Shown here: positions 26,015-39,541 of the stretch, in pieces
Position numbering within the stretch: position 1 is the stretch's first letter
Layout: each line of letters opens with the position of its first letter
Source: Anaerolineae bacterium
Lineage (GTDB): Bacteria > Chloroflexota > Anaerolineae > Aggregatilineales > Phototrophicaceae
Direction of reading: 5' to 3'
NCBI GenBank assembly: GCA_016788435.1
Contig: JAEURB010000422.1
Location: 1-56,595 of the forward strand
Length of the DNA stretch: 56,595 nt
Program-made: the position numbers and the translations under genes
The notes under the pieces: generated by a model
What the model saw: only the letters and a program-made list of their open reading frames with translations
Databases searched by the model: none
Told to the model about the DNA's origin: nothing

Positions 26015-28429
26015 CTAGATCAGCCCCGATTCCCGCGCGCGGCTGATGGCTTCGACCCGGGACGTTACAGCCAATTTGCTGTACACATGGTTGATGTGCT
26101 TCTTGACCGTGCTGACATCCACCACCAGCCGGGCTGCGATTTCGGCGTTGGTATGTCCGCCAGCAACCAAGCGGAGGATTTCCCACTCGCGCTGGCTAAG
26201 TGGTTCGACGAGCTGCAGGTTGGCCTGCCAGGAGTCTGCCTTACTGACATCAGGCGAATCAGGCGCGTCAACGGGTTCGGAGAGCAATTCCGCTATCACG
26301 CGGGCGAGTTCAAGATGCTGACCACGCTGGATGGCGGTTTCGAAAGTGGCGGGCGGAAGCTCGGTCTCCAGTTCCTTGAGATAACGGGCACCGTCCTCGC
26401 GCCGCCAGAACGGATAAGGGGTGCGCAGGATCAGCGTGAGCTTTTCCACCGCAGCGGCTTTGCGCCCGGTGCTGCGCTCAAGCTGCGCCACACGAAAGAT
26501 CGTGTCGCAGATGTCCATATTCATGCCGGCGTCATAGGCGATCTGAAGGCATTGCCGGTAGCAGCGCATGGCTTCGGGGAGGTTCCGGTTTTTATAGGCG
26601 AGTATCCCCATTTGATAAATCGCCCGGTAGCGCCCGGCGGCGTAGTGAAGCTCATTTGCGGCGTCCAGCGAATGCTGATAATAAACCAGCGCCTCTGGCA
26701 AGTCTCCCCTGCGGAGCGCGCACTCTCCGAGCGCTCTGGAGGCATTGGTCAGGCTAAACAGCTCACCCATCTCCCTTGATCCTTGCCAACTGCTGTGCAG
26801 GTGTTGCAAGGCGAAGGCTGGATCGGTATCACGAAATGCCATGCCCAGGAAGTGAGTGGATTTCACGATGTGCCAGCGATCATCCAGGCGATGCGCTAGT
26901 TCCATCCAGGCGCGAATCTCATCGAGGTAGTCATGCTCGATGCCTGTCAGCAGGGCGTTGAGACACAGCGAAGCATAGGCAAAGAGCAACGCCCCCGGCC
27001 TTTCGAGCGGGGTTAATGCATCTACTGCTTGCCGGGCCAACGCGATCCCCTCCGAGGTTAGGCCCGTCGCTCCCAGCCAGTAGCCATGCACTGCTGCGAG
27101 AAGCGCTGCCAGTGCGGCAGCGCCGCCGGTTGGCGGGTGCGCGTGCAGAGTGGCCTCCGCCTCGGTTACCAGCACGATTCCCTGCGCGTACCAGCCCTGC
27201 ACATCATGGAGGAACCAAATGGTTAAAACCGCCTCCCATAGCGCAGGATAATTCTCTTCTTCCACGCTGATGCGCCATGCGCGACGGATGTTCTCCACAT
27301 CGCGGATTAGTTCGCTCATGGCTTGCTTCTGCTGCCGCGTCTTCAGCAGCGGCCATGCCTGATCCAGCACGGTCATATACCACGCGGCATAGCACTCGCG
27401 AAGCGCCCTAGGCTGGCCGGGCTGCCCGCCGAGCTTTTCCTCAGCGTACTGACGAAGCAGCTCATGCAGGTCCATGCGCCCATGCGGGCGCACCTGAATC
27501 AGCGACTTGTCCACCAGCGCAGATAGAACCGGGAGCGTCGCGCCGGCCACCGCCCCCGCTGCTTCGCGTGTGAAGCCGCCGCGAAAGATGGACAGCTTCT
27601 GAAAGACATCCTGCTCGGCTTCCGACAGGCGGTTCCAGGTCGGCTCGAAGACGGCGCGGATGCTGCGGTGGCGCGATTCACGGTTACGCGCGGCAGAGTG
27701 CAGAAATTCGCTGCTGGCCTCGATTTCCGCGGCGATCTGCGCGAGGGGCATCATACGCGCCCAGCCCGCCGCGATTTCCAGCGCCAGCGGCATGCCGCCA
27801 ACCAGACGGCAGACGTGAATCACAGCTTCGCGGTCGAGCATGTCAGCGACAAAGGCTGTGTTGGCCTGCCGGACGTGGCGGAGCAATAACTCGACGGCGG
27901 GGTAGCGTTCGAAATCAGCGTCATCACCGGGCACGCTGAGCGCAGGCACGTCGTACACCCATTCTTCCAGCAAATTCAGGCGTTCGCGCGATGTCGCCAG
28001 AATCTGAAGGCGTGGAGCGGCCGCCAGCAGTTCGGACAGATACACAATGCCATCGAGGAGGTGTTCGAGATTATCCAACACGAGGAGCATGGACTTGTCG
28101 CGGAAGTAGTTCAGCACCTGTTGCCGGGTATCTTCGCCGGGTTGAAGCTGAAGGCCAGCCGCCTCGGCCAGCATGGGGGCCAGCATTTCGGGGGCAGTGA
28201 TCTGCTGCAAGGGGACGAAACAGGTGCGATCTCTCCCGGCCGCTCCCACAGACGCCACTTCAACCGCCAGGCGCGTTTTGCCGATGCCGCCGGGGCCGGT
28301 GAGGGTCAGCAGGCGACAGTCAGCATCCGCCATCAGCCGGCCAATGGCTGCGAGGTCTTCCTGGCGGCCCACCAGAGGCGCCGGAAAGGTGGGAACAGCG
28401 AAAGCGCCCAAGCTGGCCATCGCACCCAT
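26015..28429 (-). CDS. STAND (NB-ARC-like) ATPase, TPR and LuxR HTH transcriptional regulator
   Basis: GPGGIGKT Walker A, LLVLDNLEHL Walker B, GMPLALEIAA, TPR-like helices and a C-terminal LSQREWEIL..TVKKHINHVYSKL. Confidence 0.92.
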   Translation of the reverse strand: MGAMASLGAFAVPTFPAPLVGRQEDLAAIGRLMADADCRLLTLTGPGGIGKTRLAVEVASVGAAGRDRTCFVPLQQITAPEMLAPMLAEAAGLQLQPGEDTRQQVLNYFRDKSMLLVLDNLEHLLDGIVYLSELLAAAPRLQILATSRERLNLLEEWVYDVPALSVPGDDADFERYPAVELLLRHVRQANTAFVADMLDREAVIHVCRLVGGMPLALEIAAGWARMMPLAQIAAEIEASSEFLHSAARNRESRHRSIRAVFEPTWNRLSEAEQDVFQKLSIFRGGFTREAAGAVAGATLPVLSALVDKSLIQVRPHGRMDLHELLRQYAEEKLGGQPGQPRALRECYAAWYMTVLDQAWPLLKTRQQKQAMSELIRDVENIRRAWRISVEEENYPALWEAVLTIWFLHDVQGWYAQGIVLVTEAEATLHAHPPTGGAAALAALLAAVHGYWLGATGLTSEGIALARQAVDALTPLERPGALLFAYASLCLNALLTGIEHDYLDEIRAWMELAHRLDDRWHIVKSTHFLGMAFRDTDPAFALQHLHSSWQGSREMGELFSLTNASRALGECALRRGDLPEALVYYQHSLDAANELHYAAGRYRAIYQMGILAYKNRNLPEAMRCYRQCLQIAYDAGMNMDICDTIFRVAQLERSTGRKAAAVEKLTLILRTPYPFWRREDGARYLKELETELPPATFETAIQRGQHLELARVIAELLSEPVDAPDSPDVSKADSWQANLQLVEPLSQREWEILRLVAGGHTNAEIAARLVVDVSTVKKHINHVYSKLAVTSRVEAISRARESGLI

Positions 28430-28606
28430 TTCTGTTCTATTACGGAATTATAGTATAGATGGCAAGATAGTACGCCGGGACTGGGGAAAACGCCTCGGGA
28501 AAACCGGCCCGTTGCTCCCGATGCTGCATGACGCCTCTCCGCCGCGCGGCCCGCGCTGCTGGATCAGGCGGCCCCGGACTGTATAATGACGATTGATTTC
28601 GTGGTG

Positions 28607-28705
28607 GCCCTCATCCCCTGGCCCCTTCTCCCAAGTGGAGAAGGGGAACAGCGCCCAAGCTGCCAGGTTTCCCTCTTCACCTGGGAGAGGGATAAAGGGT
28701 GAAGG
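28607..28705. repeat. REP-like palindromic element
   Basis: ccctcatccc..ccccttctccc-aagt-ggagaagggg ..ccctctt..ggagaggg..gggtgaagg. Confidence 0.6.
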
Positions 28706-28739
28706 CGGCAACGCGGAAGCAGGTTCGAGGCGTACCGGA

Positions 28740-30044
28740 ATGCAGATTCGCAGGGATTATTCGCAGCCGTTCTTCAGCAACCGGCGCAAGCGCCGCCACC
28801 TGTGGCGCTGGCTGATTCTGTATGTGCTGCTGCTGGGCGGCTTCCTCTTCTTCGTGGACAGCCAGTTCAATCAGATTCAGCACACGGTACTCGAAGCGGT
28901 CGGCATGGCCCCGCCGCCCACGCCGTTCGCCAGCGAACTGGCGACGACGGCGATGGAGCGCTATCTGGCGGGCAACCTGCCGGACGCCGCGACGCTGCTG
29001 CTGCAGGCCGTCAACCAGCAGCCGCAGAACGTGGACTATTTGTACGAATACGGCCGTATTCTGCTCGAACTGGGCGGCGATGTGCCTTCCTACTATCAGG
29101 AAGCCGTGACCATCGGCGACCGCGCTATCGAGGCAAACCCGAACGACCCGCGCGGCTATGCGCTGAAAACGCGGGCGCTCGATTTGTCGGGTGACCCGGC
29201 CAACGCCATTCCGGTTGGTCAGGCCGGTTTGAACGTGGACCGCAACTTCGCGCCGCTGTATGCGGCCCTCAGCAGCGCTTATCGCAGCATTGACCGCTAC
29301 GATACGGCGCTGCAAAACGCCGAGCGCGCGATTGAACTGGACCCAACTGATCCCGCTTCGCGCCGCATCTACGCCTACGCGCTGGTGTGGGTGGGCCGCA
29401 CCGACGAGGCGATTGACCAACTGGAGCAGGCGGTGCAGTTGAACCCGAATCTGGCCGGGCCGTACTTCGAGCTGGCAGGCCTGTACCGCGCTCGCGCCGA
29501 TCAAAGCCAGGATACTGTGATGGCGCAGGAGTTATACGCCAGTTCCATCGCCCTCTACGAGCAGATTCTGGCCATGCAGCCTGAGAACGCCCGTGCCTAT
29601 CTGCGCCTGTGCGACGCCTATTTCGGCGCTCGCGAGAATCGGCGCGCTCAGGACTACTGCGCCGAAGCGGTGACGGTCAACCCGCAGTACGCGCAGGCGT
29701 GGGCCAGCCTCGGCCAAACGCAGTACAGCCAGCGCAACTACGAAGGCGCGATTGAATCGTTCGAGCAGTGCGTGGCGCTGGCCGGCGATGACGCCGATAT
29801 CCGCTGCTTCTATCTGCGCGGGCTGGCGCATTATTATCTCGGCCAGTGTGACCAGGCTTGGACGCTGCTCTCCGATGCGGTCGAGCGCATCCGGGCGACC
29901 AGCAGCGACGCAACCAATACCGTCCTGCTCTCGTCACAGGAGGGCCTGCGGCTGGTGACGGTTTCGTGCCCGGCCTACACCAACCGGCCGCTGCCGACGG
30001 CCATCCCGCCAACGGCCATCCCACCGACTCCGATCGGGGGCTGA
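28740..30044 (+). CDS. Membrane-anchored TPR-repeat protein
   Basis: Basic N-tail, a TM helix, many TPR motifs (AIELDP, AVQLNP) and a Pro/Thr C-tail. Confidence 0.85.
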   Translation: MQIRRDYSQPFFSNRRKRRHLWRWLILYVLLLGGFLFFVDSQFNQIQHTVLEAVGMAPPPTPFASELATTAMERYLAGNLPDAATLLLQAVNQQPQNVDYLYEYGRILLELGGDVPSYYQEAVTIGDRAIEANPNDPRGYALKTRALDLSGDPANAIPVGQAGLNVDRNFAPLYAALSSAYRSIDRYDTALQNAERAIELDPTDPASRRIYAYALVWVGRTDEAIDQLEQAVQLNPNLAGPYFELAGLYRARADQSQDTVMAQELYASSIALYEQILAMQPENARAYLRLCDAYFGARENRRAQDYCAEAVTVNPQYAQAWASLGQTQYSQRNYEGAIESFEQCVALAGDDADIRCFYLRGLAHYYLGQCDQAWTLLSDAVERIRATSSDATNTVLLSSQEGLRLVTVSCPAYTNRPLPTAIPPTAIPPTPIGG

Positions 30045-30051
30045 GCGCCGC

Positions 30052-31338
30052 ATGTACTTACGCACCCCCAAACGCTATCGGGTGGGCAAACGCCCGCGCC
30101 GCCACCTGTTTTCCGGCAAACGGCTGATTTTGTGGCTGCTGCTGCTGCTGGCCATTGGCGCGGGCGTCTATGTTTTCCAGCATCAGGACGAGGTTGGCCC
30201 GCCGGTGCGCGATTTCGTGGCCGGGGTGGTCGAACAGGCGCAGGGTGGGTTTGCCACGCTCACCGCGCCCACGCCGCCACCGACCGAAGACCCGACGCTG
30301 CAACTGGCCCGCGCCGATGAAGCCTGGTCACGCGGGGCTATCGAGGACGCCGTCGAGTGGTATCAGTCGCTGGCGCAGGCGCTGCCCAACGATGCGCGGG
30401 TCTACTTCCGCGTCGTGCTCGGCCTGATTATGGAGGGCCGGATTGATGACGCGCTGGTGGCCGCCGAAAACGCGGTGACGGCCAACCCGTTCTCGCCGGA
30501 TATGTGGGCTGTGCGCGCCCATGCGCTGGAACGCGATGGGCAAACGGCTGAGGCGATTGCCAGCGCGCTGCAGGCGATTTCGATGGAGCCGCAGAATGCC
30601 CGAGCGCTGGCCTGGATGGGCGAGGCCTATATGGATGCGGGCCGCGCCGACCTCGCGCAGGAGGCGATTGGCCGCGCCCTCGATGCCAATCCGGACAGCT
30701 ATGAGGCCAATTACGTGGATGCTCTGCTGCAATGGCAGGTGCTGTACGACACCAGCGCGGCGGCCGACCGCTTCGCTGCCGCCTACGATGCCGCGCCCAA
30801 TCTGCCGTCAGTCGCTGTGGACCGCGCCTGGTTTGAGTGGGGGCAGCAGAATTACGAGGTGGCACTCGAACTGCTGACGGGCGTCCTTGAGCTCAACCCG
30901 CAAAACCTCGACGCGCTGTATGCCATCGCCTTCCTCTACTATCAGGCCTACGGCGACCCGAACCAATCGCTGGACTATCTCGAACGCTGCGTGCAGGCCG
31001 ACGCGCAGAACAAAGCCTGCCTGGCCTATCTCGGCACGGTGCAAACGGCGCTTGGCAGCACGCAATCCGCGCTGCAAACCTACCGCCGCCTGATGAACAC
31101 GGACACCGCAGATCCGCGCCATTTTCTGGCGGCCGGGCGCGCTTACATGAACAGTGGGGACTGCATTTCGGCGCGGCCAGTGCTGGAGCGGGGCTATACG
31201 CTCGAACAAGATCGTGACGAGCCGAACACGGACCGGCTGGCGCTGTTCGAGGAGTACCTCGCCTCGTGCGGCGCTCCCGTGCAAGCGCTGATCGCCACGC
31301 CCGAAGTGACTGACGAAGCGCCGGCGGATGGTGGGTAA
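30052..31338 (+). CDS. Membrane-anchored TPR-repeat protein
   Basis: Basic N-tail, a TM helix and TPR motifs; 7 bp from the upstream gene. Confidence 0.85.
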   Translation: MYLRTPKRYRVGKRPRRHLFSGKRLILWLLLLLAIGAGVYVFQHQDEVGPPVRDFVAGVVEQAQGGFATLTAPTPPPTEDPTLQLARADEAWSRGAIEDAVEWYQSLAQALPNDARVYFRVVLGLIMEGRIDDALVAAENAVTANPFSPDMWAVRAHALERDGQTAEAIASALQAISMEPQNARALAWMGEAYMDAGRADLAQEAIGRALDANPDSYEANYVDALLQWQVLYDTSAAADRFAAAYDAAPNLPSVAVDRAWFEWGQQNYEVALELLTGVLELNPQNLDALYAIAFLYYQAYGDPNQSLDYLERCVQADAQNKACLAYLGTVQTALGSTQSALQTYRRLMNTDTADPRHFLAAGRAYMNSGDCISARPVLERGYTLEQDRDEPNTDRLALFEEYLASCGAPVQALIATPEVTDEAPADGG

Positions 31339-31449
31339 CCGCGCAGTTCTGAAACAATGCTTGTATAACAGGTAACGTTTTGCGCCCTTCCCGCGTCTGA
31401 ATAGCAGATTCAGCGGTTCGGTACGGATTATTCGAAAGGGAGCAAGCTC

Positions 31450-31671
31450 ATGTCGTTCGCGAAGTTTATGGCCAGCCAGGCGGGGCGTTTGCTGCGTATC
31501 GTGGCGGGGGTAGCGCTGGTCGCGCTGGGGCTGTTCGCCACTCAGTCTCCACTGTCGGTTATCTTGCTGGTGCTGGGCGTCGTATTCGTGCTGGTGGGCG
31601 TCTTCAACGTGTGCCTGCTGGCCCCGCTGATGGGCCTGCCGCTGAAGGGCAAGGATGTGCTGTCGAGGTAA
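31450..31671 (+). CDS. DUF2892/YgaP-like small membrane protein
   Basis: R.LRIVAG, two TM helices and a conserved C..L.P..G motif; GGGAG RBS. Confidence 0.8.
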   Translation: MSFAKFMASQAGRLLRIVAGVALVALGLFATQSPLSVILLVLGVVFVLVGVFNVCLLAPLMGLPLKGKDVLSR

Positions 31672-31703
31672 GGCGGGCTGGCCAGGCATTCGCCGGGAAT
31701 CGA

Positions 31704-31733
31704 ACGGGGCGCTCTCGATGGAGAGCGCCCCGT
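31704..31733. terminator. Hairpin between convergent genes
   Basis: acggggcgctctc-gatg-gagagcgccccgt perfect stem. Confidence 0.65.
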
Positions 31734-31755
31734 ACTGTTGGTGAACTACAACCGT

Positions 31756-32806
31756 CTAGAACGGCAGCACGCGATGGCAGGCCGCCCAATGGCCGGGCGA
31801 CACTTCGAGCAATTCCGGGTCAGGCTCCTGATAGCAGATGCCAGGAACCGCGACCGGGCAGCGGGTGTTGAAGTTGCAGCCCAGCGGCGGGCGAGCCGGG
31901 CTGGGTACGTCACCGGTGAGGATGATGCGCTGGCGGTTGCGTTCGATGTCGGGGTCGGGGACGGGCACGGCCGAGAGCAGCGAGTGCGTATACGGGTGCT
32001 GCGGGTTCTCGTAGACTTCGTCAATCGGCCCAAACTCGACGATCTTGCCGAGGTACATGACGGCCACGCGGTCGCAGATATGGCGCACCATGCTCAGGTC
32101 GTGGGCGATGAACAGATAGGTGAGGTTGAACTCCGACTGCAGGTCTTCGAGCAGGTTGACGACCTGCGCCTGAATGGATACGTCGAGGGCCGAAATCGGC
32201 TCGTCGGCCACGATGAAGCTCGGCTTGAGGGCGAGCGCGCGGGCGATGCCGATACGCTGGCGCTGGCCGCCAGAGAACTCATGCGGATAGCGGTTGACGT
32301 AATACGGGTTGAGGCCTACCTTCTGCATCAGGTCTTCGACAAACTCCAGCATTTCCTGCTTGTTGTCGTAAATCTTGTGCACACGCAGCGGCTCGGCGAT
32401 GATGTTGCCGACGGACATGCGCGGGTTGAGCGAAGCGAACGGGTCCTGGAAGATCATCTGCATCCGGCGGCGCATCTTACGCAGCTCGTCCGGCTTCATA
32501 GTCGTGAGTTCATGGCCTTCAAACTCAATCGAGCCGGAAGTTGGCTTGTAGAGCTGCAAAACGGTGCGGCCAGTCGTACTCTTGCCGCAGCCGGACTCGC
32601 CGACGAGGCCGAGCGTTTCGCCGGTATAGACGTCGAAGCTGATATCATCTACCGCTTTGACCGCGCCCACCTGGCGCTGGATGATCAGGCCGGAATTGAT
32701 CGGGAAGTGCTTCTTGAGGTTACGAACCTTCACCAGCGGCACGCGCTTATCGCCCGACAGAATGCCTGCTGGCTGATTGGCGGTCACCGGGGCTGCAGCG
32801 GCCGGG

Positions 32807-32814
<8 letters not shown>
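31756..32814 (-). CDS. oppF: Oligopeptide/dipeptide ABC transporter ATP-binding subunit
   Basis: [26 protein letters not shown] and the C-terminal [13 protein letters not shown] oligo_HPY domain. Confidence 0.92.
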
Positions 32815-33856
<1,042 letters not shown>

Positions 33857-34245
33857 GGGCCCTGCCCTCCTCTGCAAACACCTGCAACCGACAATGCGCC
33901 CACCAATAGCGGCAGAGTTTGCCAGCAGGCGATGCGTCTGTCAAACGGAATAACCGCGCATTATCGCATCGTGCGCGCCAGTTGACGAGGGTCGTTCCAT
34001 CATGCGGAATAGAAGATTGATTACGGTGGGTAGAAGGCTACTGTGTTCAGCGTAGCCCATGACATCCAAAACTGGCGTCCGGTTTATCAGGCCCGCATCT
34101 CCTAACCCCTACTCCAAACCGCTGTGTCTACGCGCGACAGGTGGGTAAGGGGAAAATACGTCTCGCTACATGCGCCTCCCTCTCCGCGTGCGGAGAGGGA
34201 AGGAAGGTGGGGGCCGCTCACGCACGTTTCAAACGCGCTCCAGGC

Positions 34246-34641
34246 TCAGCCCGGCACATACGCGCTGCCGATCATAAACGTCATCAGCACGAACACGAAC
34301 GAGAGGACGGTGACACCCGCCGCGATCCGGCCCTTCCTGATGCCATCGGCCGTGGGGAGCCAGTACATGACCAGGCAGAAGGCCAGCGGCGCCATACCGC
34401 CCATAAAGTGAATGTAGAGCTGCAATGCGCCCAGACCCTGATCCAGCAGCTTGATCCCGATCAGTACCTGTACCATCAGGACGATCTGGAAGAAGATGAG
34501 GGCGAGCTGGACGCGACGGTTCATCGGCCGCCGCTTCCAGGCCGACCATCCGGCCACCAGCAACGCCAGCAGCGAGGCGAGCACCACGAGCATTCCAACG
34601 GCAAAATGCACATTGGGGGGAACGAATATCGAGTCGATCAT
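34246..34641 (-). CDS. Small 4-TM membrane protein, divergent from the two-component system
   Basis: Four hydrophobic helices, two carrying His; AAGGGG before ATG 34641. Confidence 0.65.
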   Translation of the reverse strand: MIDSIFVPPNVHFAVGMLVVLASLLALLVAGWSAWKRRPMNRRVQLALIFFQIVLMVQVLIGIKLLDQGLGALQLYIHFMGGMAPLAFCLVMYWLPTADGIRKGRIAAGVTVLSFVFVLMTFMIGSAYVPG

Positions 34642-34804
34642 CGGGAAGTCCCCTTTATAGCCGGCCCCGTGGCGGCGAACCGCGTTGATGCGATTCTTCG
34701 AGAGGCCGTTTATTCGAACAGGGCCAGTATGGCAGGGCCGTGTTGCCGCAAGTTGGCGGTTTTGTGACAATTTGATGACAGATTCACCCACGACAGGAGT
34801 TTCG

Positions 34805-35494
34805 ATGGCACAACGGATATTGCTTGTAGATGATGAAATGTCTGTTCTGAAGTCAGTGCGGGCCTATCTGGAGAGGGAAGGCTTCGTGGTGGCTACGGCA
34901 GAGGATGGCCTGACGGCTGTTCAACTTGCGCGTTCTTTCCAGCCGAATCTGATCATTCTGGACGTGATGTTACCCGGGCAGGACGGTTTTGGCGTTCTGC
35001 GAACCATCCGCCGCAATTCCGATGTCTATGTCTTGATGCTCACGGCAAGCGCGGGAGAGATTGACCGGGTGGTTGGGCTGGAACTGGGTGCCGACGATTA
35101 CCTGACCAAGCCATTCAGCCCACGCGAACTGGTGGCGAGAGTGAAAGCGATTCTGCGCCGCGGCCGCAATGCCTCCTCCACCGAACCTTTGCTGACGTTC
35201 GGTGGCTTGCAAATAGACCCGGGCGCGCATCGCGTTTGGAAAAATGGCGAGGAAATCGAACTCACGCCGACGGAATATGACCTGCTCTTCACGCTGTCCC
35301 GTCATAATGGGCGGGTATTGAGTCGTCAGCAGTTGATCGAACACGTATGGGGATATAACTACTTCGGCGATGAGCGCATCATTGATGTGCATATCCGCAG
35401 GCTGCGCCTCAAGATCGAAGATGATTCCCAGCAACCTCAGTACATCGTCACTGTGCGCGGGGCGGGGTACCGGTTTGATGGGGGTACGGCATAA
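34805..35494 (+). CDS. OmpR/PhoB-family response regulator
   Basis: ILLVDD, IILDVMLPG, GADDYLTKPF and the winged-helix end TVRGAGY; AGGAG RBS. Confidence 0.93.
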   Translation: MAQRILLVDDEMSVLKSVRAYLEREGFVVATAEDGLTAVQLARSFQPNLIILDVMLPGQDGFGVLRTIRRNSDVYVLMLTASAGEIDRVVGLELGADDYLTKPFSPRELVARVKAILRRGRNASSTEPLLTFGGLQIDPGAHRVWKNGEEIELTPTEYDLLFTLSRHNGRVLSRQQLIEHVWGYNYFGDERIIDVHIRRLRLKIEDDSQQPQYIVTVRGAGYRFDGGTA

Positions 35495-36526
35495 GTGAAA
35501 TCCATCCTGCTGTTTTACCGTCATATCGAATGGCTGCATGTTTTTTCTTACGTCATCATCATCGCGGCCGAAATGCTCATCCTGATGACGGCTGGCAACT
35601 CGCCTTACGCGAATACATTGCGCTATGTCATTTTCTTCGGAACGATACTGGCCAGCCTGCTGCTGATACGGCAGCGTATTATCAAACCCATTCAGGAGAT
35701 GACGCAGGCGAGCCTGCATATCGTCGCCGGGAACTATCACAATCGCCTGCCCCATTACGGCACCATCGAAATCAACGAGCTTGCCCAAACCTTCAACCAG
35801 ATGACCGCCCATCTGGAGAATGTCGAAGCGCAGCGTGTGGCGCTTATCGGGAGCGTGGCGCACGAACTGCGCACACCGCTGAACAATATTCGCATGACGA
35901 TGGAGGGCCTCGTTGACGAGGTATTCACGCCCGACATCGAGACGTTTCTGGATATTCAGCAGGAAGTGAGCCGATTGCAGCGGCTGGTGGTGCAGCTTGA
36001 GCAGCTCTCAAAGGCGGAAAGCGGCCAGGTGGCGCTGACCCTGCAAGCGACCGAGTTCGGGCCGTTCGTGCGGGCCATCTGTGACCGGATGGACGTGCAG
36101 TATGAGAGCAAAGGGGTGGAACTGGCGTTTGCCTGCGACGCCGGACTGCCTTCAATCCTCATTGACCGCGATCACATGACGCAGGTCGCCATCAATCTGC
36201 TCGGCAACGCGCTGCAATACACGCCGGCCGGTGGGAAGGTTACCGTACAAGTCGTAGGCGATGGCGCGGCGATTGTGACCCGTATTCAGGACTCGGGGAT
36301 CGGGATTCCGGCCGATGAACTGCCCCGTATCTTCGAGCGCTTCTACCGCGTCGATCAGTCGCGTTCGCGCAGCAGCGGCGGCAACGGGATTGGGCTGACG
36401 ATTGCCCGCCAACTGGTGCGCGCTCATGGGGGCACGCTCCAGGCCGAAAGCGCGGGACCGGGCGCTGGCTCCACCTTCACCTTTACGCTGCCGGTGCGTA
36501 CGGTGGCGTCACAAAACCAACCATAA
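35495..36526 (+). CDS. HAMP-domain sensor histidine kinase (BaeS-like)
   Basis: Two TM helices with a very short loop, HAMP, AHELRTPL, NLLGNALQYT, DSGIGI and GNGIGL. Confidence 0.92.
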   Translation: MKSILLFYRHIEWLHVFSYVIIIAAEMLILMTAGNSPYANTLRYVIFFGTILASLLLIRQRIIKPIQEMTQASLHIVAGNYHNRLPHYGTIEINELAQTFNQMTAHLENVEAQRVALIGSVAHELRTPLNNIRMTMEGLVDEVFTPDIETFLDIQQEVSRLQRLVVQLEQLSKAESGQVALTLQATEFGPFVRAICDRMDVQYESKGVELAFACDAGLPSILIDRDHMTQVAINLLGNALQYTPAGGKVTVQVVGDGAAIVTRIQDSGIGIPADELPRIFERFYRVDQSRSRSSGGNGIGLTIARQLVRAHGGTLQAESAGPGAGSTFTFTLPVRTVASQNQP

Positions 36527-36540
36527 ACCTCACAAGAGCG

Positions 36541-36566
36541 CGCGGGCGGCCAGTTGGCCGCCCGCG
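36541..36566. terminator. Hairpin between convergent genes
   Basis: cgcgggcggcca-gt-tggccgcccgcg. Confidence 0.6.
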
Positions 36567-36601
36567 AAGGGTGTCATATGGGGTGATGTGATGAGCGCCG
36601 G

Positions 36602-37096
36602 TTACACCGGCGAGGGCTGTGCGGGGGTAATCTGGCCCTTGAATATGCGTTCGAGCGCCATCGTGTGGCCGCACACGCCCCGGCTGTGGAAGAACTCGCA
36701 GCCGCAGGCGAAGTGATTGTCCCGGTAGGCGGTGATGTGCGTGTCGTTATCGCCCCGAAACGTCACCTCGAACTCGATGAAGGCGATGCGGTCTGGCTCT
36801 TCGGCGTAGCGCATGGACTTGTCCACGTCGCTGACGACGTTCTGGCCGGGCGCATAGGGCAGGGGTGCGCGCTTCAACTGCGGCTTGTAGAGCCGTTCGA
36901 GCGCCATGATGTGCGGGCAAATGCTGTGGGTGCGGAACCCCGGGCAGGTGCAATTCCAACCGCCCGGCGACAGGGTGATGGTGTAGGCATTGTTGTCGCC
37001 GCGAATCTCGGCAACGAGGGTGTTGAAGGTGATTCGGTCAGGCTGGCTGGCATACATCTTGGCTTTCTCGATCTTGCCAATCATCCCGTAGTCCAT
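36602..37096 (-). CDS. Tandem SWIM zinc-finger protein (two internal repeats)
   Basis: CTC..CPH and CGC..CGH motifs in two homologous ~80-aa halves (Y..xPDRI.F..RGDN..MALER); GAGGAG RBS. Confidence 0.8.
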   Translation of the reverse strand: MDYGMIGKIEKAKMYASQPDRITFNTLVAEIRGDNNAYTITLSPGGWNCTCPGFRTHSICPHIMALERLYKPQLKRAPLPYAPGQNVVSDVDKSMRYAEEPDRIAFIEFEVTFRGDNDTHITAYRDNHFACGCEFFHSRGVCGHTMALERIFKGQITPAQPSPV

Positions 37097-37133
37097 GATG
37101 GCTTCTCCTCTGCTACCTGTGGTCTGCGCTCAT

Positions 37134-37255
37134 AAAACAAAGCACGCGGCTTCAACTGTCGCCGCGTGCTACGGTCTCGAAAAGGGGTTGAAAAGAACGC
37201 TTTGTGCATTCCTCGTCCATAGTGCGAGTTTAACCCCCGATGAAGGGCATGTCAA
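37134..37255 (-). promoter_or_regulatory. Sigma70 promoter plus a leader with a terminator hairpin upstream of the SWIM gene
   Basis: Minus strand TTGACA (37255-37250), 17 nt, TAAACT (37232-37227). Then hairpin agcacgcggc..gccgcgtgct followed by ttgtttt, before the start codon. Confidence 0.6.
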
Positions 37256-37426
37256 CCAACGCAACCATTGTGGGAACGGTCCTTAATAAGCGTGACAGGC
37301 GAAGAAATCACGCCGGCCCTCGCGAAAGAAACCTCACCCCCCGGCCCCTTCTGCGAACACAGGAGAGGGGGGAGAAGGCCACTGTGCGCCGTGCCCTTGT
37401 GCGGCTCTACGCAGTGGGGAGGCTTT

Positions 37427-39505
<2,079 letters not shown>

Positions 39506-39541
39506 GCCCGTCCTCGATTCCGGCAAGCCGCGCCCCAAACC

